This document shows positions 9,416 through 19,980 of a stretch of DNA of 64,000 bases, piece after piece. A model generated the notes under the pieces. The model was not told the origin of the DNA. It ran no database searches and was given only the letters and a program-made list of their open reading frames with translations. Every line of letters starts with the position of its first letter. Within the stretch, counting starts at the first letter, position 1. A program made the translations under genes and the position numbers. The DNA lies in the NCBI GenBank assembly GCA_018649885.1, contig JABIHA010000028.1, positions 1 through 64,000 of the forward strand, written 5' to 3'. Origin of the DNA: Bacteriovoracaceae bacterium. GTDB taxonomy: Bacteria > Bdellovibrionota > Bacteriovoracia > Bacteriovoracales > Bacteriovoracaceae.

Positions 9416-11638
9416 TTAAAATGCCAGTATTTTTTGGTTACCGAGTTCCACGAATTTGAGGTTTTTCCCCATCTCTTTTGGGCCATCACCTATATTACGA
9501 GTATGACCGTAGCCTAGCCGACCATAACTATTAAAACCCCAACATTTAATCCGTTTCGAGGCCATCATGGCACAGCTGTAATGATTTCCTGTATTTAATG
9601 AAATGGCTTTTTCTTTTCCAATATCCACATATTTTAGGTTGCTTCCCATTTCACCTTTGACCAAACCTCTAGATTTTTTATCGCCATATCCAAGCTGACC
9701 ATAGTAATTATAGCCCCAGCATTTGATCCTTCCCGATTGCAGTAGAGCACAGCTGTGCTGGAAGCCAGCTCGAATTCCCGCAACTTTTTCTCCCCCTAGA
9801 TCGACATATTTAAGGTTTGTACCCATTTCTCCAGCAGAATCTCCTCGCTGAACTTTATCTTCATAACCTAGATTGCCATAATAATTATATCCCCAACATT
9901 TTATACGACCTGATTGAAACCTTGCGCATGAGTGATAATACCCAAGGCTTATTTCGATAACTTTCTCTGGGCCTAAGTCAATATGGCCTAGGCTTACTCC
10001 CATTTCACTAGGTGAATCCCCGCGGTTATTTTTGTCTCCATAGCCTAAATTGCCATAGGAATTATAGCCCCAACATTTGACCCTTCCAGACTGTAGAATT
10101 GCACATGTGTTGTAGCTTCCGGTAAAGATACTTTGTACTTTCTCTTTTCCAAGTTCTATAAATTTTAAGTTGACTCCCATATCACTTTTTAGCTTGCCCC
10201 TGTTATTTCTATCCCCATAACCTAAGCTTCCATAGGTGTTATAACCCCAACATTTAACCCTTCTAGACTGCAAAAGGGCGCAAGTGTGATGGTAGCCGGC
10301 CTGAAGAGAAAGTACTTTTTCACCACCAAGGTCTACAAATTTTAGTTTTGATCCCAGCTCTCCTGGGTTATCTCCACGGTTAGTTGCATCCCCGTATCCG
10401 AGCTCCCCGTTTCCGTTATAACCCCAGCACTTAACACCTCTAGATTTAAAAATAGCACATGTGTGATGTGCCCCGACGGTCAAAGAAATAACTCGCTCTT
10501 TTCCAAGGTCTACATAGGGAAGGTTGGCACCCATTTCTCCGGCACTGTCACCTCTGTTATTTTTATCACCGAGGCCTAAATTTCCATAATAATTGTATCC
10601 CCAGCATTTGACCTTTCCCGACTCAAAAAGAGCACATGTATGGGTATGGCCAGTTTTTCTTGTGACTTCCTTGTCGGGAATGGCAAAGTCTTTTTCAATG
10701 AGAAGTTTTTTTGAGGGTTTCGCGCTATAGATATCTGCAGAAATTTCCACTTCCCGGTTGTAATTGTGTCCAAAACAAACAAGTCCTGCAGACTTTTTAT
10801 CATAGGCACAACCTGTGTAGGGTCCAAGTTCCATTGCCTGAACCGAGCTTAGATCAGGAGTGTCTTTGGGGACAACGTCTCCAAAACAAACCAACTTTTG
10901 ATCTGTGAAGTTTACCCGGTCTACAGCGCACACAAAGTGCCTGGCCGATTTTAAATAGATGGGATCTTTAAGGGCCGGGGGAGTGATAGATCTTTTCCCC
11001 CAACAAACTACTTCTCTTTCATATGCAGATCTTTGATTAAGAGCGCAGCTATAATTCTTCCCCACGGCAACCATCATAGGCCTATAAATACCAATTGGAG
11101 AGTCGGCCTTAGCGTAACGGTTGTCTCCAAAACAGGAAATTTTCTTTTTGGGTTTTTTATCTTTATCAATTCCGTACTTATCAATCACGCATCCATGATT
11201 TGTGCCAAGTGCAATACTGACAACTTTTGTTACTTTGGGAAGTGTTGCTCGTGCAATCGCCCCGGATCCCAGACATTTAAATTCTAAATCTGTGGCATAA
11301 CAAATTGTGGCATCTGATGAGGCCAGAAGTTTGATTCCAGAAATTTTCTCAGACAATGCTAAGTTTTTGCCTTTGCATATAAGCTCTGTCTTATTAGCAG
11401 CACAAATATGATCTCTATGAATGCTTATGATTGCATCTTTATCTAAAATAATGGGAGAGCTTAGTTTACTGTTTTCACCCAAACACTCAAGAGTCTTAAC
11501 TCCTTTGTCTTCGAGAACAAAACAGCTCGTTTTATTAAGCAAATGGATTGAGTCCATGGTGGTGGCCTTCGCCTCACTATAAAAAACAAAAACAATTGAT
11601 AGCATTGTAACAAATCGAGTAATTTTTGAGAGTTTCAC
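9416..11638 (-). CDS. Secreted RCC1/BLIP-II repeat protein, two propeller regions
   Basis: Seven ~59-aa repeats H(T/S)CA....G.(V/I)KCWGYN.YG.LGYGD..NRG; degenerate N-terminal repeats; GTG 11638 lies 9 nt after AAGGAGG. Confidence 0.88.
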   Translation of the reverse strand: MKLSKITRFVTMLSIVFVFYSEAKATTMDSIHLLNKTSCFVLEDKGVKTLECLGENSKLSSPIILDKDAIISIHRDHICAANKTELICKGKNLALSEKISGIKLLASSDATICYATDLEFKCLGSGAIARATLPKVTKVVSIALGTNHGCVIDKYGIDKDKKPKKKISCFGDNRYAKADSPIGIYRPMMVAVGKNYSCALNQRSAYEREVVCWGKRSITPPALKDPIYLKSARHFVCAVDRVNFTDQKLVCFGDVVPKDTPDLSSVQAMELGPYTGCAYDKKSAGLVCFGHNYNREVEISADIYSAKPSKKLLIEKDFAIPDKEVTRKTGHTHTCALFESGKVKCWGYNYYGNLGLGDKNNRGDSAGEMGANLPYVDLGKERVISLTVGAHHTCAIFKSRGVKCWGYNGNGELGYGDATNRGDNPGELGSKLKFVDLGGEKVLSLQAGYHHTCALLQSRRVKCWGYNTYGSLGYGDRNNRGKLKSDMGVNLKFIELGKEKVQSIFTGSYNTCAILQSGRVKCWGYNSYGNLGYGDKNNRGDSPSEMGVSLGHIDLGPEKVIEISLGYYHSCARFQSGRIKCWGYNYYGNLGYEDKVQRGDSAGEMGTNLKYVDLGGEKVAGIRAGFQHSCALLQSGRIKCWGYNYYGQLGYGDKKSRGLVKGEMGSNLKYVDIGKEKAISLNTGNHYSCAMMASKRIKCWGFNSYGRLGYGHTRNIGDGPKEMGKNLKFVELGNQKILAF

Positions 11639-11770
11639 GGGGTGGTGCCTCCTTCTTTGTCCATTTGAATTACTCAAAGGCAAAATAAGCACTAAGGTTT
11701 AGTTTCCCAAAATTATAACTAAAAGACCTCTAGTGTGACAAACCATACCCGACTAAAAAGATTTCAAATG

Positions 11771-11825
11771 ATTGATGGCGGCCCACTTTTGAGACACTAA
11801 GTCCAAAAGGTGAGCCGCCATCAAT
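11771..11825. terminator. Long stem-loop; terminator or structured element
   Basis: ATTGATGGCGGCCCACTTTTG ... CAAAAGGTGAGCCGCCATCAAT, near-perfect ~21-bp arms. Confidence 0.5.
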
Positions 11826-11964
11826 AAACAGTTGTAAAAGGAGGGCTGGTACCAATAGTAGCACCGTTAATATAACCATTATGCATCAAGTTCCTCTCTC
11901 CTTTGATGGAGAAATGTGACTCGATAGAGATGGTAACTTGATGGTATTATATCCACTTTTGCTC

Positions 11965-12375
11965 TTATCTTGACCCGCAAGGATAGTTTCTAACTTTTAA
12001 TAGTTCTTCACCACCTTTCGTAAAGTAGTAACTTTCGCATGTATAAGTAGACGATCTACTAGTAAAAGTTTTGTAAGTCCATTCTACTTTGTCCTTTAAA
12101 TCGTGTTTAATTCCAGGGTTTCCTTTCTTTTTATAAATTTTTGCCATCGCTAGCTTTCCTTCATTTTTATATTTTTGAATCTGTTCATTTTTATATTTCC
12201 AGGCCTTTTTATTATTTTGTTTAAGCTTGTTTGATCGTTTACAGATCATTTCCATCCTTGATTTTATTCTTGGTGGTTGCTTATTTAAAGCATCCCGCGA
12301 GCAATCCATCTTCCCGCCAGCTGCCAAAGATGTACTTAAAATAGATAAAAAAGTTAGTATTAGTATTTTCACCAT
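11965..12375 (-). CDS. Secreted basic hypothetical protein
   Basis: MVKILILTFLSILSTSLA signal peptide after AAGGAG; Lys-rich, 4 Cys. Confidence 0.75.
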   Translation of the reverse strand: MVKILILTFLSILSTSLAAGGKMDCSRDALNKQPPRIKSRMEMICKRSNKLKQNNKKAWKYKNEQIQKYKNEGKLAMAKIYKKKGNPGIKHDLKDKVEWTYKTFTSRSSTYTCESYYFTKGGEELLKVRNYPCGSR

Positions 12376-12420
12376 TGTCTCCTTATATAAATGCATGACA
12401 CGAATGCTTGAACCCAAAAT

Positions 12421-12444
12421 AGATCCGAGATAAATCTCGGACCT
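12421..12444 (-). terminator. Rho-independent terminator of 12470-13402
   Basis: Minus strand AGGTCCGAGA-TTTA-TCTCGGATCT followed by ATTTT. Confidence 0.55.
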
Positions 12445-12469
12445 ATCAAGGTCATTTTGTTTATTGGTT

Positions 12470-13402
12470 CTATTGAATTGGAAGACGATTTACATCTTCA
12501 ACAATTTCATTAAATACATTAGAAGCGCATCGCATTTCGTTCTCATAGCTATTATTAGGGAAATTCCCTGGAGATGAAATTCTACGCTGTGCTAAACTTG
12601 AATTTTTCTTAACACTCTTTTTAAGCAATAAGTACTCGTCAATAGTCGATTGTACTTGAACTGCGAGCTCCCGCTTAGCTAAAGCAACTTGTCTATTTGA
12701 AATTGGTGCGTAATTTCTAGCTTCTATTTCAAGTCTTTTAGCTTTGGCAATTGCCTCCGCAACTTGTTCAAGCTCACGGTGTTTTCTTGCTTTAATTTGA
12801 GCAATGAGTTCACCCTTGAAAACTTGAGTTTCGGGGTCATTCATAGCTAGTGCACTTTGAAGGCCCATTTTAAGCTCAAGGAGGTCTGCTAATTTTTCAT
12901 CAATACGGCCTTTCAAAAGGTGCGCCTTAGCTCTCGCCTGATCGGCTTTTGCCTCTAAGCGTGCATCTTGACTAGAGTCAAATCCGCCCATAGCTGCCCG
13001 GTAAGTCGTAAGCTCAGATTTGTACTTATTGTATTTATGCTTAATAGTATCTGCTCTTTCTTCAAAGTTTACAGCTCTCTTACATGCAACTGGAAAGCGA
13101 ACATCTCTGCAAGCACGATTTTCACGCTCTGCAATTACTAAACTTCCACCAGGAGTATATATATAGGCTTCTCTGGCAATAGATTTTCTTAAAATGTTAG
13201 TTTGAAACTCAAGCTTCCGAGTTAAATCCTGAAATGAGCTACCATTAACAGAGGAGGCCTTTTGTCCTCGTCTGTTGCAAGCATAGTTATGTCCACTATA
13301 ATGATTGGCATCCCAGTTAATGGTGATTGTAAAATCGACATCTTGAGTAAAACCCACTGTGCTAGCAGCAAATAGTGAGCATGCAAGTAAAAAACTTTTC
13401 AT
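12470..13402 (-). CDS. Secreted coiled-coil hypothetical protein
   Basis: Signal peptide; long Ala/Lys/Glu heptad-like central region. Confidence 0.75.
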   Translation of the reverse strand: MKSFLLACSLFAASTVGFTQDVDFTITINWDANHYSGHNYACNRRGQKASSVNGSSFQDLTRKLEFQTNILRKSIAREAYIYTPGGSLVIAERENRACRDVRFPVACKRAVNFEERADTIKHKYNKYKSELTTYRAAMGGFDSSQDARLEAKADQARAKAHLLKGRIDEKLADLLELKMGLQSALAMNDPETQVFKGELIAQIKARKHRELEQVAEAIAKAKRLEIEARNYAPISNRQVALAKRELAVQVQSTIDEYLLLKKSVKKNSSLAQRRISSPGNFPNNSYENEMRCASNVFNEIVEDVNRLPIQ

Positions 13403-13542
13403 GGTAATTCCTTCGTAAACTTATCCCTATTTTGAGAAAAAAAGATTTTGTCCAAATTGGATACTATTATTATGCACTGGGTTACCCCCGACTTTAAAGG
13501 ACAAATTGTACTCAATAAGCATTCTAAGTGACCGATATTATA

Positions 13543-14988
13543 CTACTGGTTAGTGGGAGTTACTTTCGATATACGCATAGACAAAGCAAGACCTGTACAG
13601 CGTGCAAGCCGAGAATTTGCAGATTTTGAAAAAGCTCTAAGCTTATGATTGGTGCGCTTAGAGTGATAATATCGAAGGGACTTTAGCGCCACACACTTTA
13701 TATTGTCATCTGGATCATCAACTGCTTTTAAGATGAATTTTTCATCTTTTGAACTCGCAAGATGTCCTAGAATTTGAATTGAATAAATTTTCTTAGGTCC
13801 TTTTGCCAATTTCAAATAGGTTTTTCTTAAAAACCTTGCACCCTGAAGAGAGTAGTCTCCAGATTTTCGAATCAAGATTGCTAGGAATTGATCAAAAAAT
13901 GGATGGTGTTTTTCACCAATTGTTTTTCTTGCCTTGAAAAACTGATTAAGAGCAATTTGAGTTGGTGAGCTTATGAGACCCATAAAAGCTATGATGTTTT
14001 TCTTTTGTTTGTGATTTATTAGAATTTTTGCGAGTGCCAGTTGGGCCTGAGGCCGTTTTGAAAAGAGCATCCCTCTTATTAATACTTTGAATTCTGGGCC
14101 TGTGGGCGCTAGCCCTAGAGCTGTCCCCACATACTGAGGGATCTTATTTGGAAATAGTTGAAAATAGGCCTCTAGTAAACGCGTGTTTTTATACATATTT
14201 TTTTCATCAATCTTTCTATTCACAATATTTGCAAATAAGTTATCGACATTACTTTTTTCAAGTAACCCCTTATTATAATTTTCACTTATACTTTCCCAGT
14301 CCACTAAAAGACTTAGTGTTTCCTTTTTAAGATTTGAATGCATTTCTTTTTTTAACTCAACTTGATAAGCCTTGAGCTGTTTTGCTTTAATCACAACTTT
14401 AACATTTTGATTATTGGTTTTGTAAGTAGTGGTAATTGTCCATAGCTTAGTAAGGGAGTCATGCTCTACCCCGCGACTCCAGTCCTTTCCACTTTCAAAG
14501 TAACCATTTACTTTATCAACCTTTTTATTTTGAATCCAAATGCCTAGGGCATTTTGGTGCTCTGATTGCCAGTAGAGATTACTGATAATTAACGACTGGA
14601 AATTTTTTACCGAGTTAATTTGTGCACCTGGTCTATAAATAAATACTTTACTGGCAGCGCGTTCGATATAAAAAGAGTGGTCTAGCTCTTTTTGTAATCT
14701 ATTTGCATCTACTTGCAAGGCACCCATTTTAGATCTGTCTTCAACCAAGGTATTTTGAAAATCAAATGCTTGTATTTTCTTTTGCCCTTCAATTTGGAGA
14801 AGCGAGTTAAGTTGAATATTAAATCCATTTGCTCCTCCTAGTAATTCACCCATTTTGCTGTCAACTTTTGAAGTGACTTCTATGTGGACTTTATATAAAA
14901 GCCCCTCTCCCGCCAAAGGGAGAAAGGATTCACATTGAGAAGGGGTGCTGCTAAACCAAGATAGTACAAACACAAGAGCATAAAACAT
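13543..14988 (-). CDS. Secreted protein with beta-rich N-terminus and HEAT/superhelical C-terminus (vitellogenin-N/LLT-like, tentative)
   Basis: Signal-like N-terminus; C-terminal HEAT-type helices (IQILGHLAS...DDPDDNIKCVALKSL); GGAG SD; 10 nt from upstream gene. Confidence 0.6.
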   Translation of the reverse strand: MFYALVFVLSWFSSTPSQCESFLPLAGEGLLYKVHIEVTSKVDSKMGELLGGANGFNIQLNSLLQIEGQKKIQAFDFQNTLVEDRSKMGALQVDANRLQKELDHSFYIERAASKVFIYRPGAQINSVKNFQSLIISNLYWQSEHQNALGIWIQNKKVDKVNGYFESGKDWSRGVEHDSLTKLWTITTTYKTNNQNVKVVIKAKQLKAYQVELKKEMHSNLKKETLSLLVDWESISENYNKGLLEKSNVDNLFANIVNRKIDEKNMYKNTRLLEAYFQLFPNKIPQYVGTALGLAPTGPEFKVLIRGMLFSKRPQAQLALAKILINHKQKKNIIAFMGLISSPTQIALNQFFKARKTIGEKHHPFFDQFLAILIRKSGDYSLQGARFLRKTYLKLAKGPKKIYSIQILGHLASSKDEKFILKAVDDPDDNIKCVALKSLRYYHSKRTNHKLRAFSKSANSRLARCTGLALSMRISKVTPTNQ

Positions 14989-14998
14989 TTCAATCTCC

Positions 14999-16639
14999 TT
15001 AGAATATACTTACTGAATCCGAGTCAGAGAAAAGAACACCATCTTGAGTAATACCGCTCCATCTAAATAGATCATAAGAGTAGCGTCTTTTGTCTCTAAA
15101 TGGTGGTTTGATATCTACATAAATATAAAGTCTACCGTTAAGTGTGCTTGTATTTGAATAGGTAGACACCACACTTCTACCAATGTATTGACCGGTCCGA
15201 GAGGTAATCTGTGCTTTAGCGTCTATCGCCAAATCCTCTTCAACAATCTTTAGGTTGGCACCCACACCGGCAGCAGCAATTAGTAAATCAACTTCTAATT
15301 CTGCACCAGCATCGATGTTAACTGAAGGATAGATTTGGCTGACAACAGCTGAGTCAAATACCTTATTCACCACAAGTGCACCAACTTCTCCTGAGCCGTA
15401 TACTCTCACATTCATCGGGATGAACCCCGCTAACATAAATCGAATATTTTTAGCTTTGCTTACTGAATGTGATGAGCTTGCATTTTGAGAAAAAGGAGCT
15501 GCCTCAACTTGGTTATCACTTAGAATGGGATCGTTTCCAACATTAACCTCATAGTATCCTTGAAAACGTGTTCCATGTGTACTTGAAGCGTAAGTTTCAG
15601 CGTTAAGTACTCTTTTTGAACTTCCAAAAATATAAATCTTACTTTCAACAAAGTTAGAAGCATAGGCCTTCGTCGCTCCAGTTGTACTGGCCTCTGAATC
15701 AATATTGAGTGAAACACCAAAACTTCCCCTGTCTCCCCATTCATTAGAATAGCTTTTTGAAACATGAGTGTCCTTTGGCGGAGTGGAAGACTGATCTTCC
15801 TCATCTCTAGCAAGGGATGCGACGGCATGTTGCTCCATAGCTTCACTTGTAAAAACCTCTTCATCTATTTCAACATTTCTTTGATACATCTTAGAGTCCC
15901 CACTATGAATTTGCAGTACTTCATACATGGGATCGAGGATTTCCCTGCCATCAATATTAAGACCAGTTGTACTGCTGAAAAATTCTTCATTTGCAGCATT
16001 CAAAATTTCTTCCGAGCGATCATGATCTCTTAAAAAACTTTCCTGTCTATCTAACATTTTCGAATAAAGCGAACGCCTAATTTTCATTCTTCCGATTGTT
16101 GCGCCTTCTTCTGAGCTTTCATCTCCAACGAGACCTGCCAAATACTGTTTAAACTCTTTTGTAGAGCTTTGGTATTTATCATAACTAGAGTTTCTAAGTG
16201 AAAGACCTTTTTGATTGAGATTTACTTCTAACTGGTTGAGGAATTTATAATATTTTCCAGCATTCATAATTGTTTGCTCATAAACGACTTCACCATTATC
16301 ATTTAAAATGATCTCACCATTGAGATCTTTCAAAGGATTGGCGGTTAGAACTGTAATTTCATCGTCAGCACTTAAATTCTTATTCCTACCGATGATACCG
16401 CCCTGATCGTCGTATATTGGGTGCCTGGATAAACTAAAGGGTCTATGTTTAAGACTTTTGTAGACCTTATATTCTTCATTACAGTATTTGCTATTAGGCG
16501 AATCACTGCAGCTAGTGAGGCCTACAATTTTCTTATTTCCTTTTTTAACCTTATCTGGAGTATTAGGTGACTTATTACTGGTATAGTCATTTGCCATGGC
16601 AGCGAAGGCCATGCTTAGTAAAATTAGTACTTTAAACAT
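14999..16639 (-). CDS. Secreted protein with long amphipathic beta-sheet C-terminal domain
   Basis: MFKVLILLSMAFAAMA signal; last ~260 aa are consecutive alternating beta-strands (RFMLAGFIPMNVRVYGSGEVG, PSVNIDAGAELEVD); AAGGAG SD. Confidence 0.7.
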   Translation of the reverse strand: MFKVLILLSMAFAAMANDYTSNKSPNTPDKVKKGNKKIVGLTSCSDSPNSKYCNEEYKVYKSLKHRPFSLSRHPIYDDQGGIIGRNKNLSADDEITVLTANPLKDLNGEIILNDNGEVVYEQTIMNAGKYYKFLNQLEVNLNQKGLSLRNSSYDKYQSSTKEFKQYLAGLVGDESSEEGATIGRMKIRRSLYSKMLDRQESFLRDHDRSEEILNAANEEFFSSTTGLNIDGREILDPMYEVLQIHSGDSKMYQRNVEIDEEVFTSEAMEQHAVASLARDEEDQSSTPPKDTHVSKSYSNEWGDRGSFGVSLNIDSEASTTGATKAYASNFVESKIYIFGSSKRVLNAETYASSTHGTRFQGYYEVNVGNDPILSDNQVEAAPFSQNASSSHSVSKAKNIRFMLAGFIPMNVRVYGSGEVGALVVNKVFDSAVVSQIYPSVNIDAGAELEVDLLIAAAGVGANLKIVEEDLAIDAKAQITSRTGQYIGRSVVSTYSNTSTLNGRLYIYVDIKPPFRDKRRYSYDLFRWSGITQDGVLFSDSDSVSIF

Positions 16640-16756
16640 TATTGATCTCCTTGATAGGGTACAACTCAGTCTATGATGCTTTGCACTGTTTTTTAGTAGA
16701 TAAATTATACGCGCTAAATGCCTTAAGTATTTGTTTTTATATGACGATTAAGAGAA

Positions 16757-18190
16757 ATGAAGAAAATCGAGCTTGCCCACATTGAGGAAAAATTGATTCT
16801 CAAAGGCCATTCCGAAGCTTCAAGCTTAGCGCGAAGTTTGCTTTTACAAAAGGGTGAGACTCCCTTTATTTGGGAAAAGCTCTTCCGTCTGTTCACAAGA
16901 TATGGTGCCAACAAACACTTGGTAAAGTTATTAGACTTTAGAGGGCTGCCTTCGCAAAGAGAGCTCAAGAAATTAGTAGTAAGAAAAAAATTAAATATTT
17001 TGGCCGCTGTCATTTCCCTCCAAGGTGCTTGGAAATTTGCAGAAAAAATTTTGGCCATCACTCCGGCCAGAAATATTTTTGATTTTGAGATTAACGCAAA
17101 CGTTTATTTTCTAAATGGTGATTTTGAAAAAGCGATGGAAATTTATGGACGCATTTTAAAACTTCAAAAACCTGAGAGTTACTCAAAATACCATCATGCC
17201 CTTTCAAATTTTATCATCACCTCTTTACATGCTGGTAAACTTAATGAAAGCCGAGAAAAACTCGCTATTTTCAAAAAGTATGCGAAGACTTCACCTCAAT
17301 TATCTTACTTTTATTACAATTTAATGGGCCTATACCATTTTAAAAAGAAATCTTATGAAAGAGCAAATGCATGGTTTTTAAAATCTTCCAACATAAGAAG
17401 TCCAATTAGAAAGCGTCCCTTTCCCGGCTCTCGTTTTCATCTTGTTTTTTGGTGTGCCTGTTTGTGTCGCCTGGGAGATAACCGGGGTGCAAAAAGGTTA
17501 TTCAATCACTATAAGCTTCAATTTCAAGGTGACTATAAGGCAGGTCTAAGCAGAGCTGAAACCTATCTTTTTAATTTATCGTTTATCAATGAACCTAAAG
17601 TTACCGGAAAAGAGCACCTTTTACTTTTTTCTTATCCAGAAATCCCCATGGCCTATCAAGCAGTTTCAAAAGATGAGCTAGCTGCCGCGGCTTTGCCAAA
17701 TATTGTGGCCTCCAAGGTTTTCTACCTCTACACAGGTGAAATAAAAGAAAATGGGAAGTTTCGCTTAGATGATTCAAAAGAAAGCTATTTGTTATCAATG
17801 GTACTTGCAACAGGAAATTTGGGAATAAAAGTTGAAAGGTTGTACGAGCTTCTATGGCCTGACGAGGTTTTTAGTTACTCTCAGTTACCTGATCGCTTAA
17901 GAAAAATAATTTCACGAATTAAATCAAAGTTTTCAATTGATATAACTATAAATAAACAGATTGTTTTAATAAAAGATCCAAAAGATTTTTGTGCAAATAT
18001 ATTAAAGAGTGAATTATCAATTGTCTCTAAGCTCGCATTATTTGACTCCCAGAGCTTTGCTGATTACTACAATACTTCACTATCAAAAGCACAAAAAAAA
18101 TTAAAACAACTCTGCCTTGAAGGTAAACTTCAAAAAAGAGGTACAGGCCGTGCGACCCGCTATCAAAGTGTGGTCGTCACTCATAAATAA
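16757..18190 (+). CDS. TPR plus winged-helix putative transcriptional regulator
   Basis: TPR helices (GDFEKAMEIY, MGLYHFKKKSYERA); LYELLWPDE..DRLRKIISRIK resembles an OmpR-type wHTH; C-terminal LCLEGKLQKRGTGRATRY wHTH. Confidence 0.7.
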   Translation: MKKIELAHIEEKLILKGHSEASSLARSLLLQKGETPFIWEKLFRLFTRYGANKHLVKLLDFRGLPSQRELKKLVVRKKLNILAAVISLQGAWKFAEKILAITPARNIFDFEINANVYFLNGDFEKAMEIYGRILKLQKPESYSKYHHALSNFIITSLHAGKLNESREKLAIFKKYAKTSPQLSYFYYNLMGLYHFKKKSYERANAWFLKSSNIRSPIRKRPFPGSRFHLVFWCACLCRLGDNRGAKRLFNHYKLQFQGDYKAGLSRAETYLFNLSFINEPKVTGKEHLLLFSYPEIPMAYQAVSKDELAAAALPNIVASKVFYLYTGEIKENGKFRLDDSKESYLLSMVLATGNLGIKVERLYELLWPDEVFSYSQLPDRLRKIISRIKSKFSIDITINKQIVLIKDPKDFCANILKSELSIVSKLALFDSQSFADYYNTSLSKAQKKLKQLCLEGKLQKRGTGRATRYQSVVVTHK

Positions 18191-18364
18191 ATAGTTTCAC
18201 ACCCCTTGAAAATGACCCCTGAATCACCTGAAAATGAGGGCCCATGTCTGCTGAATTATTCACTATCGCTTCTTCTTGTGTATATATTTCCACTCCCTTT
18301 CCAAGGAACAACCGTGGATTTAAAACTTTATTGTAAAAATTAAATTTACCGTGGAGAGGATAAA

Positions 18365-18913
18365 ATGAAACTATTAGCTAGTATTTTGGTGTTATTTTCC
18401 ATTAGCTTTAACATCGCCGCTGGCGGCGGTCATAGTGAAATTTCACTGCCTAGTGAGATTAATGAGATTTACCAAAATACAAATAAAAAATTAGAAGGGA
18501 CATTTTACGATACAGGTCTACAAAAGCTGATTGTTAAGGCCTATACTTCAACTCGAACAGTAAACTCAAAAACAGTTGGATACTTAGTTTCGGATATGGC
18601 CTATCACTCTAGTGAACACTACGAAATGCCCTTTGTTGAAATTTCAAAAGAAAAGACCAAGCTGACCAGCTTTATGCTTGACCTACTTGAATTCCTGGAT
18701 CCAGAAGAACCTGGAACAGAAAAAACTATCCTTACAATGCTTCAGTTTGAAAAAGACTTGATTAAATTAATCGATAGTAAACCTGAGCAAACTTGGTATA
18801 TGTACCGCTATAGTCTAAGTGATGGTGGATCTATTTACGAGAATGGAGTCATCATCTATTCTGGAGAGCGACATTCCGTCTTCTATAGAGTTACTTATTG
18901 GGAAAGCGTTTAG
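18365..18913 (+). CDS. Secreted hypothetical protein
   Basis: Signal peptide, GAGGA SD. Confidence 0.75.
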   Translation: MKLLASILVLFSISFNIAAGGGHSEISLPSEINEIYQNTNKKLEGTFYDTGLQKLIVKAYTSTRTVNSKTVGYLVSDMAYHSSEHYEMPFVEISKEKTKLTSFMLDLLEFLDPEEPGTEKTILTMLQFEKDLIKLIDSKPEQTWYMYRYSLSDGGSIYENGVIIYSGERHSVFYRVTYWESV

Positions 18914-19023
18914 GAAGTCTACTCACTGAGCTTGCAATCTATTTCAAGTGAATTAACTTAATGAGATATTAATTTTGTTTTCTGCTAAAATATTGTCATT
19001 GTAGAGTTATCAAGGATAAATAT

Positions 19024-19485
19024 ATGAGCAAAATGTCCCTATTAATGGTATTTTTCATCTCAACTTCTTTATTTGCTGACTGCATGGAAGATCGCTTTGG
19101 AAATTCTATTTGCGGAGAAGGTGACTGTTTGAAGGGTCGGTCAGGTCATGTTGCTTGTGCAACTGCAGATGAAGGCGCCTGCATGGAAGACAGCTCTGGA
19201 GATGTTATATGTGGAGCAGGGGACTGCGTAAAAGGCCGATCAGGCCATGTTGCTTGCGCTTCCAAAGAAAACGGCTCATGTATGGAAGATCGACGTGGTA
19301 ATATCATCTGTGGGGCCGGGGATTGTATGAAGGGAAGATCTGGAAATGTTTCTTGTGCTACAACTGAAGATGGCTCATGCATGCAAGACAGGACCGGAAA
19401 TGTAACTTGTGGAGCAGGGCCATGTAAGCTGAGTCGCTCTGGAAAAGTCTCTTGTCAAGCCCCTACTCAAACCCACCATAAGTAG
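19024..19485 (+). CDS. Secreted Cys/Gly-rich tandem repeat protein
   Basis: Four ~33-aa repeats CM(E/Q)D..G...CG.G.C.K.RSG.V.C. Confidence 0.8.
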   Translation: MSKMSLLMVFFISTSLFADCMEDRFGNSICGEGDCLKGRSGHVACATADEGACMEDSSGDVICGAGDCVKGRSGHVACASKENGSCMEDRRGNIICGAGDCMKGRSGNVSCATTEDGSCMQDRTGNVTCGAGPCKLSRSGKVSCQAPTQTHHK

Positions 19486-19589
19486 TAAGTATACTGTGTT
19501 AAATGTTAACAACAGTTAAACACCTCCATCTATTGATTCAATCAAAAAACTAAGTACAATTATTAAAAGCTCGAACTAAGGAGTCGCTG

Positions 19590-19934
19590 GTGAAATTTGT
19601 CCTACTAATAATGTCAATTACTTTAATCTCTTGTTCACATCATGGTGGGAGATATTTAAAGAAGTTTGATACAAATGGTGACAGCAAAATTTCGAAGAGT
19701 GAATGGGATCAAGGCCACAGCGAAAAATTTTCTAAAAAAGACAAAAATGGTGATGGGTTTTTAACAGAAGAAGAAATTGGCAAGTTTCATTGTAAAAAGA
19801 GTCAAAAAGGCGCAAGCTGCCCGTATTCATCCAAAAAAACTAAATCAAAATGTAGCGGTAAGAGTCATTCAGACTGTAAAAAACAGTGTGAGGGAAAAGA
19901 TGGCAGCTGTCCTTTGAAAAATAAAGATTCGTAG
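19590..19934 (+). CDS. EF-hand lipoprotein with Cys/Lys-rich tail
   Basis: LISC lipobox; DTNGDSKISKSE and DKNGDGFLTEEE EF-hand loops; AAGGAG SD. Confidence 0.82.
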   Translation: MKFVLLIMSITLISCSHHGGRYLKKFDTNGDSKISKSEWDQGHSEKFSKKDKNGDGFLTEEEIGKFHCKKSQKGASCPYSSKKTKSKCSGKSHSDCKKQCEGKDGSCPLKNKDS

Positions 19935-19980
19935 TTACTTCTTTTCACCACCAGTTAAAAAAAATATTCATTTCACTTAA

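Noticed and set aside
9480..10660. Periodic DNA repeats (about 177 bp) that could mimic an array or a DGR template/variable pair
   Set aside because: They encode RCC1 blades; differences are not adenine-specific and no RT is present
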